A DNA stretch of 32,000 bases from Alkanindiges illinoisensis DSM 15370 (GTDB taxonomy: Bacteria; Pseudomonadota; Gammaproteobacteria; Pseudomonadales; Moraxellaceae). Position numbers and translations under genes: made by a program. The stretch spans positions 30,001 to 62,000 of the forward strand of contig NZ_JHUX01000004.1 in the NCBI RefSeq assembly GCF_000619845.1, in the 5' to 3' direction. Each line of letters opens with the position of its first letter. Within the stretch, counting starts at the first letter, position 1. The notes beneath the pieces were generated by a model. It worked only from the letters and a program-made list of their open reading frames with translations, was not told the origin of the DNA and ran no database searches. Of the stretch, positions 18,111-27,076 are shown piece after piece.

Positions 18111-18490
18111 TTACACTGTTTCGCCACACTATAATCTGCCAATAAATGATCAATAATTATTCATACCAGTCCTTGTTTTGTCAGTTCACCATTAAAATGA
18201 TTCAACAATAGCTTTTTTTAATTTACAGTTCCGCAATTGAGTTTATTCAGGCTAAACAGTTTTCATATCAATATGAGTAGTATTTAATAATGCGGCTTGC
18301 AGAAAGCCCCTTGCAGTGCTTGTAAGAAAATTTTATAACCTCAATCTTAAAATAAATTTAGCCTTAACAATGTATATTCGCATTTATTCCACAGTTAGGA
18401 TATAAATTGTGTACTGAACAGTTTTGCCCATTAATCACTTTTACTGGTTTAATAGCACCCTGTTTAACCTCTTTTTAGGAAGTATAATTG

Positions 18491-18937
18491 ATGAAAGCAT
18501 GGATGATGATTCTTGGCAGCTTAAGTCTGGCCTCTGTTGCTAATGCAGCTGATCTCAATGGCGTATGGCGTACGATTGACGATAAAAGTGGCGTCGTCCG
18601 TGCCCATATCCAGATGGCCAAACAACCTGATGGCAGTTATATCGGTACACTGATTGAGGATTTTCCAGCACCGGGTGAAAAACCTCTGGTGAACTGCACT
18701 AAATGCCCCGCGCCTTATACCAGCAAACCCATCATTGGTCTTCAGATTTTAAAAGGATTTAGAGAAGATCCTAAAAATCCCAACAATTTTATTGACGGCA
18801 AAGTGCTTGATCCACGCAATGGACATATCTATAGCGGCAAGGCCAAACTAAGTGCTGATGGCCGGAAGTTTCGCCTACGCGGCTATGTGGGCGTATCAGT
18901 ATTAGGCCGTAGCCAGACCTGGTTACGTCAGGAATAA
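18491..18937 (+). CDS. DUF2147 domain protein, secreted (paralog 3, more divergent)
   Basis: Motifs are GVWRTIDDKSG, CTKCPAPYT, LDPRNGHIYSGKA and RGYVGVSVLGRSQTWLR. I place the start at the ATG at 18491, with aggaag 9 nt upstream. The ORF-track TTG is at 18488. Confidence 0.8.
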   Translation: MKAWMMILGSLSLASVANAADLNGVWRTIDDKSGVVRAHIQMAKQPDGSYIGTLIEDFPAPGEKPLVNCTKCPAPYTSKPIIGLQILKGFREDPKNPNNFIDGKVLDPRNGHIYSGKAKLSADGRKFRLRGYVGVSVLGRSQTWLRQE

Positions 18938-19029
18938 TTTCTGTCTTGTTCAGCTTTTGTAGCAAGCACTTAACAGAGCCCTAAAATCCTCTACACTGTA
19001 GCCACGATAGACTTCGCCTGTGGGTCATC

Positions 19030-19587
19030 ATGGCTACAGTAGCCCTGCATAAAAGCAAATCCCTAGCACTTAAGAAAACCAATTTACCGTATGGCCTGCT
19101 CCTGATTCTTTTCATTAGCAGCGCCCTGATCTGGCTGGTATTTTATTGCCTTTCACCTTACTGGTATAGCCGTAGCATGGTTCATCAGCTGAGCCAGAAT
19201 AACCTTGCCTTAGCTGAACAGGCGATTCCCCAGCATTTGTTACAGCCCTATCAGGCAGACTTGATGACCTCCCAAAGCCTTGCTGTGCAGCAATGGCAAG
19301 GGCCGGGTGCCAAATACCTTAAACAGGTCTGGCCAAAAGTGGCAGCCCAGCAAAACTTACATCAGCTATTGCTGCTTCATTTTAACAGTGCACCACCTGA
19401 TAGCATCAAGCTCGCTTATTCGCGTTTTCCATCGCGTTTTCGGCTGACGGTAGGCAATACACCAGAAAATACCCTGTGGCTTGAATGGCAACGGAAATCA
19501 TGGAATAACTGGACACTCAGCAAGCTTTGTATTTATAACCCGCAGCCTGTGGCTGAGGTAAATAATTGTTTGTCTTCCAGCCGATAG
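19030..19587 (+). CDS. Hypothetical membrane-anchored protein (single N-terminal TM; possibly DUF2939-like)
   Basis: The ORF is 185 aa. A basic N-terminus is followed by the TM helix LLLILFISSALIWLVFY and a soluble domain ending in WTLSKLCI. The DUF2939 assignment is a weak recollection only. The 3' end overlaps the apaH 3' end by 55 nt. Confidence 0.5.
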   Translation: MATVALHKSKSLALKKTNLPYGLLLILFISSALIWLVFYCLSPYWYSRSMVHQLSQNNLALAEQAIPQHLLQPYQADLMTSQSLAVQQWQGPGAKYLKQVWPKVAAQQNLHQLLLLHFNSAPPDSIKLAYSRFPSRFRLTVGNTPENTLWLEWQRKSWNNWTLSKLCIYNPQPVAEVNNCLSSSR

Positions 19588-20372
19588 GCAATGAGTTGCC
19601 CACCCCACACGCAGCCCCCATCCAGCGCATGGATATGCGGACTAATTGCCTTACCCTGCAAGGCAGCCCAATGCCCAAAAAATAGTTGTGTATGATTTTC
19701 TAGCTGGTCTGGCCACTCAAACCACGGCTTAAATCCTTCCGGCATCGGCGCACTTAAGTCATCCTTGAAGTCAAACTCCAGCCTGCCATTTTCATCGCAT
19801 AGGCGCATGCGGGTAAGGTAATTGGTAATTACCCGCCAGCGTTCATAACCCGATAAATTCTCCTGCCATGTATCAGGCTGGCTACCGTACATATGGCCTA
19901 AAAAAGCATCCAGATGATCCAGCTCACCAGCAATGACTTTTTCCACTTCCCGCGCATACTGGCTGGCCTGTGCCAATGTCCAGATGGGTGGAATCCCGGC
20001 ATGTACTACTACTGACCCGGCAGTTGGTTGTAACAGTAGCGGCTGCTTGCGCAACCAGTTTAACAGCGCATTACAGTCTGAGGCATCAAAAATCGGCTGG
20101 GTGCGGTCTTTATCCTTAATTTTCTGGAAGCCACGCCAGACGGCCAGCAGATTTAAATCGTGGTTGCCCAGTACTGTTCTGGCAGCCCCCAAATCGGCCA
20201 GCCGTTTTACTTCGCGTAAAGTATTTAATGAATCCTCACCACGTGCCACCAGATCACCTGCAAAATACAGGCAATCCTGTTGTTCATCAAAAGCCAACCT
20301 ATCCTTTAAAGCCTGTAGTGCGGCAAAACATCCCTGCAAATCGCCAATAATATACTGATAGCGGTAAGTCAT
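19533..20372 (-). CDS. apaH: Bis(5'-nucleosyl)-tetraphosphatase, symmetrical (Ap4A hydrolase)
   Basis: It has the motifs IGDLQGC, GDLVARG and GNHDLNLL, and is full length (279 aa). The RBS agga lies 9 nt upstream of the ATG. Confidence 0.9.
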   Translation of the reverse strand: MTYRYQYIIGDLQGCFAALQALKDRLAFDEQQDCLYFAGDLVARGEDSLNTLREVKRLADLGAARTVLGNHDLNLLAVWRGFQKIKDKDRTQPIFDASDCNALLNWLRKQPLLLQPTAGSVVVHAGIPPIWTLAQASQYAREVEKVIAGELDHLDAFLGHMYGSQPDTWQENLSGYERWRVITNYLTRMRLCDENGRLEFDFKDDLSAPMPEGFKPWFEWPDQLENHTQLFFGHWAALQGKAISPHIHALDGGCVWGGQLIAYRLEDKQLFTSATGCGL

Positions 20373-20424
20373 TATCTTGTTCCTGTTTTGCCCATCATGT
20401 GCTGTATTGGTTCACGCTTGGCGA

Positions 20425-21603
20425 TCAAGAATACTGTCTTAAGAAAGCCTTGATTGCCTTTGCATCTTTGAGGTTCTTTAATTGCTGTGAAAGCATGGCA
20501 TTGTACTGCGTCAGGAGAGAAACCTGTTCTTTCAGTTTTTTGATCACACTCTTTTCTGTAACCATTTCAACCCGCTCAATAGCACATAAGCTGGCCAGCC
20601 TAGCCTTATGCTCAGCAATGTTTTCATCCAGTGTTTGGCTATATCGGCGCAAATTCAGGTTATATAACTGCAACTGCTCATCGGCCAGTTGGGCAAAATT
20701 AGAATTCGTATTAAAGCTCACTGCATTTTGTAACTGAATTAATCCCAATAAGTCCTGTGACTGGTAGGCTTCGGTTGCTTGCTGCATCAGATCAGTTTTG
20801 GTAATTTTCTGCTGCTCATCTTGCTCACGGTCAGGATGCAGCATCGCAGCCAGCCGCTGATAAAGCTGTCTTAATGATTTTTGCGCCGGCGCATTCGCCT
20901 GCTGCTGTGCTGTGTCCCGTTCTTCCTTAGACTGTTCCTTAGCCTGTTGCTTGAGTGCAAGCCGTGCCATTTTTCGTTGCTGCTTTTGATAATGACGCTC
21001 AGCTTCCTGCTGCTGTGCCATGACTTCAAAACTGGTTGCCGGGTCAGTTGCTGGGTCATCTGCATCGAATAAGGCAACGCCACAATCAAGATCAAAGCTA
21101 GGGTCTAGCGGCTGTAGATGCTGCTGTTGCGGCAGTTCACTGGCTGCTGGTGCAAGGGGATTTGTTTGGGCTTGTTCAGCCCGGTACAGCTGATAAATCT
21201 GAGCAATGAGCGGATCTTCATCTGGCAATTTGTGCCTTAATACCTGCTCGCATAACTCAATAATCAACTGATGCAGTTGGGCACTTTCCCAGGCTGTTAG
21301 CGAATATTTTAGGCTGGCCTGATGTAGCTGCTCAATTAACTTGCCATGTTGACGCGCCAACTGATCATACAGTGGCATCAGTTTTCCATGAATTCGTTGT
21401 TGCACCGAAACCACCAGCGCCTGCCATTCTTCAACTTGCTGTTTTTGCTGCGTTATCTTTTCACCCAACACATTAAACTGTTGTTGTGCAGGCGTTAGCG
21501 ACTGTTGTTGTGAAGGTGATTGCGTGGCTTCACCCTCAACTAAAATAATTGCTGTTTTGCTGGGTGCTCGCACGGCTGTTGCTATCCTGTATAAGCAGTG
21601 CAC
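20425..21603 (-). CDS. Q-rich coiled-coil protein with an internal J-domain (HPD motif)
   Basis: The segment SLRQLYQRLAAMLHPDREQDEQQKITKTDLMQQATEAYQSQD aligns with DnaJ helix II, the HPD motif and helix III. The rest is glutamine-rich and predicted helical. The GTG start at 21603 overlaps the rsmA 3' end by 22 nt. Alternative GTG and TTG starts lie at 21471 and 21468. Confidence 0.7.
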   Translation of the reverse strand: MHCLYRIATAVRAPSKTAIILVEGEATQSPSQQQSLTPAQQQFNVLGEKITQQKQQVEEWQALVVSVQQRIHGKLMPLYDQLARQHGKLIEQLHQASLKYSLTAWESAQLHQLIIELCEQVLRHKLPDEDPLIAQIYQLYRAEQAQTNPLAPAASELPQQQHLQPLDPSFDLDCGVALFDADDPATDPATSFEVMAQQQEAERHYQKQQRKMARLALKQQAKEQSKEERDTAQQQANAPAQKSLRQLYQRLAAMLHPDREQDEQQKITKTDLMQQATEAYQSQDLLGLIQLQNAVSFNTNSNFAQLADEQLQLYNLNLRRYSQTLDENIAEHKARLASLCAIERVEMVTEKSVIKKLKEQVSLLTQYNAMLSQQLKNLKDAKAIKAFLRQYS

Positions 21604-22406
21604 GCATCTGCCAGCGCCACAAACTGTGCCAGACTCAGATTTTCCGGGCGTGCCATGGGATCTACTTGTGCACGCGCAAAACCTTCCTCATCCAGCTTGC
21701 CCTTGAGCGTATTACGCAATGTTTTACGGCGCTGGGTAAATACATGCGACACCAGACTGGCAAACTGTTTTTCATCCTGCGCAATCAGTGGTTTTTGCGA
21801 GTAAGGCGTTAACCGAAATACCGCACTGGTGACTTTTGGTGGCGGATTAAAGGCACCCGGTGGCACTTCAAACAAGAACTCAGGCTTACAATAATACTGA
21901 ATCATGACAGACAGACGACCATAATCCTTGCTGTTGGGTTCGGCTACGATCCGGTCTACCACTTCCTTTTGCAGCATAAAATGCATGTCCTGCACCTGAC
22001 TGCCATATTGCAACAGGTGAAACAGCAATGGCGTAGAAATGTTATAGGGCAGATTACCCACAATACGCAGCGGCTTGTTGTCTTGCACCAGCGTTAAGAA
22101 ATCAAAGCGTAAGGCATCGCCTTCCACAATGGTGAGCTTTTCCGGCTGGGTCACCCGTCCCGGTAAACCCGCCGCCAGATCACGGTCCAGCTCAACAACA
22201 GTTAAGGCTTCACTGGCCACCAGTAATGGTGCTGTGAGCGCGCCAAGGCCGGGCCCAATTTCCACCATAAAATCACCCGCGCGTGGCGCAACGGCATGCA
22301 CAATTTTTTCAATTACGCGGTTATCATGCAAAAAGTTTTGTCCAAACCGCTTGCGCGTCCGGTGTCCTTCATCTTTTGGATTGGGCGCGCTAAATTGATA
22401 ACTCAT
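21582..22406 (-). CDS. rsmA: 16S rRNA (adenine1518-N6/adenine1519-N6)-dimethyltransferase
   Basis: It has the motifs KRFGQNFL, VEIGPGLGALT and GNLPYNISTPLLFHL, and is full length (274 aa). Confidence 0.92.
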   Translation of the reverse strand: MSYQFSAPNPKDEGHRTRKRFGQNFLHDNRVIEKIVHAVAPRAGDFMVEIGPGLGALTAPLLVASEALTVVELDRDLAAGLPGRVTQPEKLTIVEGDALRFDFLTLVQDNKPLRIVGNLPYNISTPLLFHLLQYGSQVQDMHFMLQKEVVDRIVAEPNSKDYGRLSVMIQYYCKPEFLFEVPPGAFNPPPKVTSAVFRLTPYSQKPLIAQDEKQFASLVSHVFTQRRKTLRNTLKGKLDEEGFARAQVDPMARPENLSLAQFVALADACTAYTG

Positions 22407-22462
22407 GACAAAACCTTTTTAACCCTATAAATATAACAATGCGTAATTCAACTAAAACGCAC

Positions 22463-23473
22463 TCAAAGTGTTGCTTCATAACGGTCTGCCAACTGCAATG
22501 CCAGTTCGGTAGCAACGAATAAGCTGCTGCTACTGGCCTTGCCACTGCCCGCCAAATCCAGTGCCGTGCCATGATCCACCGAGGTGCGGATAAATGGCAA
22601 ACCCAGCGTAATATTAACAGCTTCACCAAAACCCTGCGATTTTAGCACTGGCAAACCCTGATCATGATACATGGCCAGCACGGCATCAGCATCTTTTAAA
22701 TACTTGGGCGTAAACAGGGTATCGGCAGGCAGGGCGTGGCCCACATCAATACCCTGGGCACGATAACTGGCCAGCACTGGTTCAATCACGTCAATTTCTT
22801 CACGACCCAGATAACCGCCCTCGCCTGCATGCGGATTCAGGCCACACACCAGAATTTTTGGATGGCTAATGGCAAATTTGGTTTTCAGGTCATGAATTAA
22901 AATGTCCAGAATTTGTGTCAGGCGCTGTTTGGTAATCGCTGCGGCCACGTCTTTTAGCGGTAAATGCGTGGTCACTAAAGCCACCCGAAGCTGATGGGTA
23001 GCCAGCATCATGACCACACGCGGCACACCTGCATATTCCTGAAAAAATTCGGTATGACCACTAAAGGCCTGCCCCTCAAGAGAACCTGCTTCATTAATCA
23101 CTGACTTTTGCACAGGAGCTGTGACCACCCCGGCGGCATCACCACGCATGCAGGCGCGGGCAGCTTCGGTGAGCTGCGCTAGCACGTAGACTGCATTGGC
23201 ACTGTTAAGCTGACCATTAGTTACGGGCTGTGCCAGTGGCAGGTCTTTGACATACAGCGCACTGCCTGATGCAGGCTCGGATTGCCCCTGATAATCCAGC
23301 AAGGTCACTGTTTTGCCCAGTTCGGTTGCCCGCTGCTGCAACAGGGATTTATTGGCCAGCACCACCAGTGGACGCGGTGTGGTAAATCCGGCCAGATCCA
23401 GACAAATGTCCGGCCCAATGCCTGCAGGTTCACCCGAGGTAATATAAAGCGGCTTTAATGGCGAAGGATTCAA
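22463..23473 (-). CDS. pdxA: 4-hydroxythreonine-4-phosphate dehydrogenase
   Basis: It has the motifs ITSGEPAGIGPD, GLNPHAGEGG and DHGTALDLAG. The start is a TTG at 23473, and no in-frame ATG lies nearby. Confidence 0.9.
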   Translation of the reverse strand: MNPSPLKPLYITSGEPAGIGPDICLDLAGFTTPRPLVVLANKSLLQQRATELGKTVTLLDYQGQSEPASGSALYVKDLPLAQPVTNGQLNSANAVYVLAQLTEAARACMRGDAAGVVTAPVQKSVINEAGSLEGQAFSGHTEFFQEYAGVPRVVMMLATHQLRVALVTTHLPLKDVAAAITKQRLTQILDILIHDLKTKFAISHPKILVCGLNPHAGEGGYLGREEIDVIEPVLASYRAQGIDVGHALPADTLFTPKYLKDADAVLAMYHDQGLPVLKSQGFGEAVNITLGLPFIRTSVDHGTALDLAGSGKASSSSLFVATELALQLADRYEATL

Positions 23474-23744
23474 TTGAGGGTTACGCCTTTTTCATTCTGG
23501 TGTGCCGTCATTATATAAACTTGGCCTGCATAAAACAGGCATAAAACATTCACAGTTGTTGGGCTTACATTTCTATAGCCAGGAATTTATAGGTTTTAAG
23601 TTACTATTTTAAGTGATCATCGTGATGAATTTTTTCAGAAGCATGAGTTTTTCTGCTGTTTAAGTTCATTAGCAGCTTTTTGTTTCAATCCGCATTTTTG
23701 GTTAAGCATTTTAATCAAGCTAATTTTGATGGAGTAACTCTTAA

Positions 23745-25730
23745 ATGAATAAACCATCAGTACCAGGTCAAAAAAACTGGTATCAAATTAATCCACCGGT
23801 TTTTTTCGGCTCAGCCCTGTTTATCGTGCTGCTTATTGGTATGGTACTGGTTGCACCGGAAAGTTTTGATGCACTAACTGACTATGTCAAAAACTGGATT
23901 ACCAGTTCAGCAGGCTGGTTTTATATTTTATCCGTGGCATTTTTCCTGATTTTTATCGTGGTTGTGGCGCTGTCCAGTTTTGGCCGGCTTAAACTGGGGC
24001 CCGATCATAGTAAACCTGATTATAGCTATGGCTCATGGTATGCCATGCTGTTTACGGCCGGGATGGGCATTGGCCTGATGTTCTTTGGCGTGGCCGAACC
24101 AGTCATGCATTTTGCCGACCCGCCGGTGGGTGATCCAGGTAGTCTGAATGCTGCACGGCAGGCCATGCGCATTACCTTTTTTCACTGGGGGCTGCATGCC
24201 TGGGCCATTTATGCCGTGGTGGCGTTATCGCTGGCTTATTTTGCCTACCGCCACCGTTTGCCCTTACAAATTCGCTCGGCTCTGTACCCATTAATTGGTA
24301 ATCGAATTTATGGCCCAATTGGCCATGCGGTTGATATTTTTGCAGTACTGGGCACTATTTTCGGGGTGGCAACATCGCTTGGCTTTGGTGTAACGCAGGT
24401 GAATGCCGGATTTAATTACCTGTTTGGCCTGCCACAAAACACCACGGTACAAATTAGCCTGATTGTCATCATTACGGCTATTGCCACGCTATCGGTGGGT
24501 GCCGGGCTTGACAAAGGCGTCAAGCGGCTGTCCGAGCTGAACATGGTGCTGGCCGTGGTGCTCATGCTGTTTGTGCTGATTGCCGGGCCGACTATTTTTC
24601 TGCTGCAAACCTTTGTGCAAAACACCGGAAACTACCTGTCCAACCTGTTTAGCATGACTTTTAATCTGTATGCCTATGAAGAATCCAGCTGGATTGGTGG
24701 CTGGACGCTGTTTTACTGGGGCTGGTGGATTGCATGGTCGCCATTTGTAGGCATGTTTATTGCGCGGGTATCACGTGGTCGCAGCGTGCGCGAGTTTATT
24801 CTGGGCATGTTGCTGATTCCAACCGGCTTCACTTTTATGTGGATGACCTTTTTTGGTGATACCGCCATTTTCCTGATTTTAAAGCAGCATGCAGTGGCGC
24901 TGATTACTGATGTACAGGCCGACCAGTCGGTAGCATTGTTCAAGTTTTTTGAATACCTGCCGTTTTCCAGTATTAGCTCACTGATTGCAACTATACTGGT
25001 GGTGATGTTTTTTGTGACCTCGGCAGATTCCGGCTCGCTGGTGGTGGATATGCTGACCTCAGGCAAGCAGGAAGGTACACCACTATGGCAACGGGTGTTC
25101 TGGGCGGTATTGCAGGGAGTGATTGCCGCGGTGCTGTTACTGGCCGGTGGTCTTACGGCGCTGCAATCGGCCACCATTGCCAGTGCGCTGCCCTTTGCTG
25201 TGGTGATGCTGTTAATGTGCTGGGGCCTGTTTGTAGCCATGCGGCTGGATGTGCTGAAAAAAGAAAGCATGCAGGATGCCCGCATTACCCCACGTGCCGG
25301 TATCCATGCGCCGCGTAGCTGGCAGCAGCGGCTGCACCTGATTATGCATCGACCCAACAGTCTGGCCGAAGTCACTGCTTTTATGCACAATACGGTCAAG
25401 CCTGCCCTGCTGGAAGTCGCAGAAGAATTCAGGCGGCAGTCGATTGAAGCCACTGTGATTGAAAAAAGTCCGGAACACATCTGGCTTCAGGTCGGTCATC
25501 AGGAAGAATCTGATTTTTATTATTCAATTCGCGTGCGGCAGCATCAGCCTCCCGCTTTTATGACACAGGCGCAACAGCAGGCTATTCCGGCCATGTATTA
25601 CCGTGCTGAGGTACACTTGCAGGAAGGGGGACAGGATTATGATATCATGGACTGGACTACAGAGGATATTATTCAGGACCTGATTGACCAGTATGAACGT
25701 CATTTGCACTTCCTGAATGTGGTGCGCTAG
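23745..25730 (+). CDS. BCCT family transporter (betaine/carnitine/choline type, BetT-like) with a long cytoplasmic C-terminal domain
   Basis: It has the BCCT signature WTLFYWGWWIAWSPFVGMFIARVSRGRSVREF and 12 TM segments. A soluble tail of about 150 aa follows. The RBS ggag lies upstream of the ATG. Confidence 0.9.
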   Translation: MNKPSVPGQKNWYQINPPVFFGSALFIVLLIGMVLVAPESFDALTDYVKNWITSSAGWFYILSVAFFLIFIVVVALSSFGRLKLGPDHSKPDYSYGSWYAMLFTAGMGIGLMFFGVAEPVMHFADPPVGDPGSLNAARQAMRITFFHWGLHAWAIYAVVALSLAYFAYRHRLPLQIRSALYPLIGNRIYGPIGHAVDIFAVLGTIFGVATSLGFGVTQVNAGFNYLFGLPQNTTVQISLIVIITAIATLSVGAGLDKGVKRLSELNMVLAVVLMLFVLIAGPTIFLLQTFVQNTGNYLSNLFSMTFNLYAYEESSWIGGWTLFYWGWWIAWSPFVGMFIARVSRGRSVREFILGMLLIPTGFTFMWMTFFGDTAIFLILKQHAVALITDVQADQSVALFKFFEYLPFSSISSLIATILVVMFFVTSADSGSLVVDMLTSGKQEGTPLWQRVFWAVLQGVIAAVLLLAGGLTALQSATIASALPFAVVMLLMCWGLFVAMRLDVLKKESMQDARITPRAGIHAPRSWQQRLHLIMHRPNSLAEVTAFMHNTVKPALLEVAEEFRRQSIEATVIEKSPEHIWLQVGHQEESDFYYSIRVRQHQPPAFMTQAQQQAIPAMYYRAEVHLQEGGQDYDIMDWTTEDIIQDLIDQYERHLHFLNVVR

Positions 25731-25760
25731 TAACTCCTCTACTGCATCAACGCGCTAATA

Positions 25761-25791
25761 AAAAGGTCATGTTTATCGCATGACCTTTTTT
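25761..25791. terminator. Bidirectional rho-independent terminator between the BCCT and hlyD genes
   Basis: aaaaGGTCATG (25761-25771) pairs with CATGACCtttt (25779-25789). It is flanked by an A-run upstream and a T-run downstream. Confidence 0.75.
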
Positions 25792-25824
25792 AATTCAACT
25801 ACCCTTGAACTGGCTCGCTAATGC

Positions 25825-26991
25825 TTAGCGTTCACGCAAAGCTTCCTGAGCCTTGTTAAAGGGCTTGATCAGGTAATCCAGCACAGTCTTGCTGCCGGTA
25901 TGAATGTCCACCGTGGCAATCATGCCCGGTACAATCGGGAATTTTTGGCCATGCTTGTTGGTGAGATGATCAGAATCGGTCAAAATATAAACGCGGTAAT
26001 AATACACGTCTTTTTTAACTTCATCCTGAATGGTATCCGGTGAAATGATGGTGACCTTACCGGGCAAGCCGCCATAAATGGCATAGTCATAAGCGGTAAT
26101 CTTGACCAGTGCCGACTGGTTGGGATGAATAAAAGCCACATCACGCGGGGAAATACGCGCTTCAACCAGCAATTGCTCATCCAGCGGGACGATTACCATC
26201 AGGCGGCCATTCTGCGGAATCACCCCGCCTACCGTGGTTACGGCAATTTCCTTGACCACGCCACGCACCGGAGAAGTAAAGGTCAGCCGGGTCAGTGAAT
26301 CGGATTTACCGCGTACTACCGAACGTTGCGCTTCAATTTCAGCATTGGCTTTAGCCAGCTCTTCACGTGCCTGCACATAATACTGGTTGCGCACGTCATT
26401 GAGCTTGTTTTCAAGGTCATTGGCCTGTCGCTTTAGACGCAATACCTCAACATCACTGGCGGCGCCGCGTGCGACCAGCGGTTCAGTCATGGTGAGTTCC
26501 TGCCGCACCAGACGCAATGCCTGATTCAGCCCAGCGCTGGTTTCTTCCAGATTGGTACGCCGCGATTGGTACAGCGCGGTTTCTTCCCGCACTAAAATGG
26601 GTTCCTTACGCACTTCTTCCGGAAAACTCAAGGGCACGCCGCTAACTTCAGCCTTCAGGCGTGCCGCTGTGGCCAGTGCAGCCCGCAAGCGTGAGGCACT
26701 TTCTTCCACAGTGGATTCAAAACGGGTACGATCCAGCTGCGCCAGTACCTGCCCTTTTTCAACAATGTCGCCTTCGCGCACTTTCAGGTCAGTCAAAATG
26801 CCGCCATCCAGCGACTGAATCACCTGTTCTTTGGAGGACGGAATGACCTTGCCTGTACCAGTGGAAACTTCATCCAGTTTGAAGTGCCAGGCCCACAGCA
26901 CAAAACAGCCAACCGCCAGTGCCACAATCCAGATAATAAAGGACGCCCGCGGCAATGGAGGTTCGGACACATAAGGGGCTGACTTGCTCAT
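25825..26991 (-). CDS. HlyD family type I secretion periplasmic adaptor (membrane fusion protein)
   Basis: The order is an N-terminal TM anchor, a lipoyl-like segment (VREGDIVEKGQVLAQLD), a long coiled coil and a C-terminal beta-barrel (HTGSKTVLDYLIKP). It is the last gene of the tolC-ABC-MFP operon. Confidence 0.9.
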   Translation of the reverse strand: MSKSAPYVSEPPLPRASFIIWIVALAVGCFVLWAWHFKLDEVSTGTGKVIPSSKEQVIQSLDGGILTDLKVREGDIVEKGQVLAQLDRTRFESTVEESASRLRAALATAARLKAEVSGVPLSFPEEVRKEPILVREETALYQSRRTNLEETSAGLNQALRLVRQELTMTEPLVARGAASDVEVLRLKRQANDLENKLNDVRNQYYVQAREELAKANAEIEAQRSVVRGKSDSLTRLTFTSPVRGVVKEIAVTTVGGVIPQNGRLMVIVPLDEQLLVEARISPRDVAFIHPNQSALVKITAYDYAIYGGLPGKVTIISPDTIQDEVKKDVYYYRVYILTDSDHLTNKHGQKFPIVPGMIATVDIHTGSKTVLDYLIKPFNKAQEALRER

Positions 26992-27076
26992 GTTAATCTC
27001 ATTATTGATTCATCAGTACACTAAAACCCGTCAAAAGGCATAGTCCGTGCGTGTTATACATCAAGCTTGTTACGCA

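Noticed and set aside
18142-18160. An ATAAATGATCAATAATTAT sequence in the long leader upstream of DUF2147 paralog 3, considered as a possible Fur or Zur box.
   Set aside because: Only about 9/19 positions match the Fur consensus, and it does not resemble the Zur palindrome I recall. It cannot be told apart from AT-rich background.
19933-20737. Plus-strand ORFs of 141 aa (19933-20358) and 112 aa (20399-20737), antisense to apaH and the J-domain gene.
   Set aside because: Both are fully nested in stronger opposite-strand genes. Their composition is Cys/Ser-rich with no recognisable domains. I treat them as shadow ORFs.
22390-22629. A 79-aa minus-strand ORF bridging the pdxA 3' end and the rsmA 5' end.
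   Set aside because: It is out of frame with and overlaps two confidently identified genes. It has no SD and its Trp/Arg-rich product looks random.
23474-23744. Short palindromes in the pdxA/BCCT divergent region, for example TCATC-gt-GATGA near 23620, considered as a possible BetI-type operator.
   Set aside because: The arms are only 5 bp, and I cannot match them to any operator consensus I can recall with confidence. Palindromes of this size are expected by chance in 270 bp of AT-rich DNA.
24713-25480. A 255-aa ORF on the minus strand, antisense to the BCCT transporter gene.
   Set aside because: It lies entirely inside a well-supported BCCT CDS. Its product is a low-complexity, Ser/Cys/Arg/Ala-rich sequence with no motifs and no SD. 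This is typical of a shadow ORF created by the codon bias of the sense gene.
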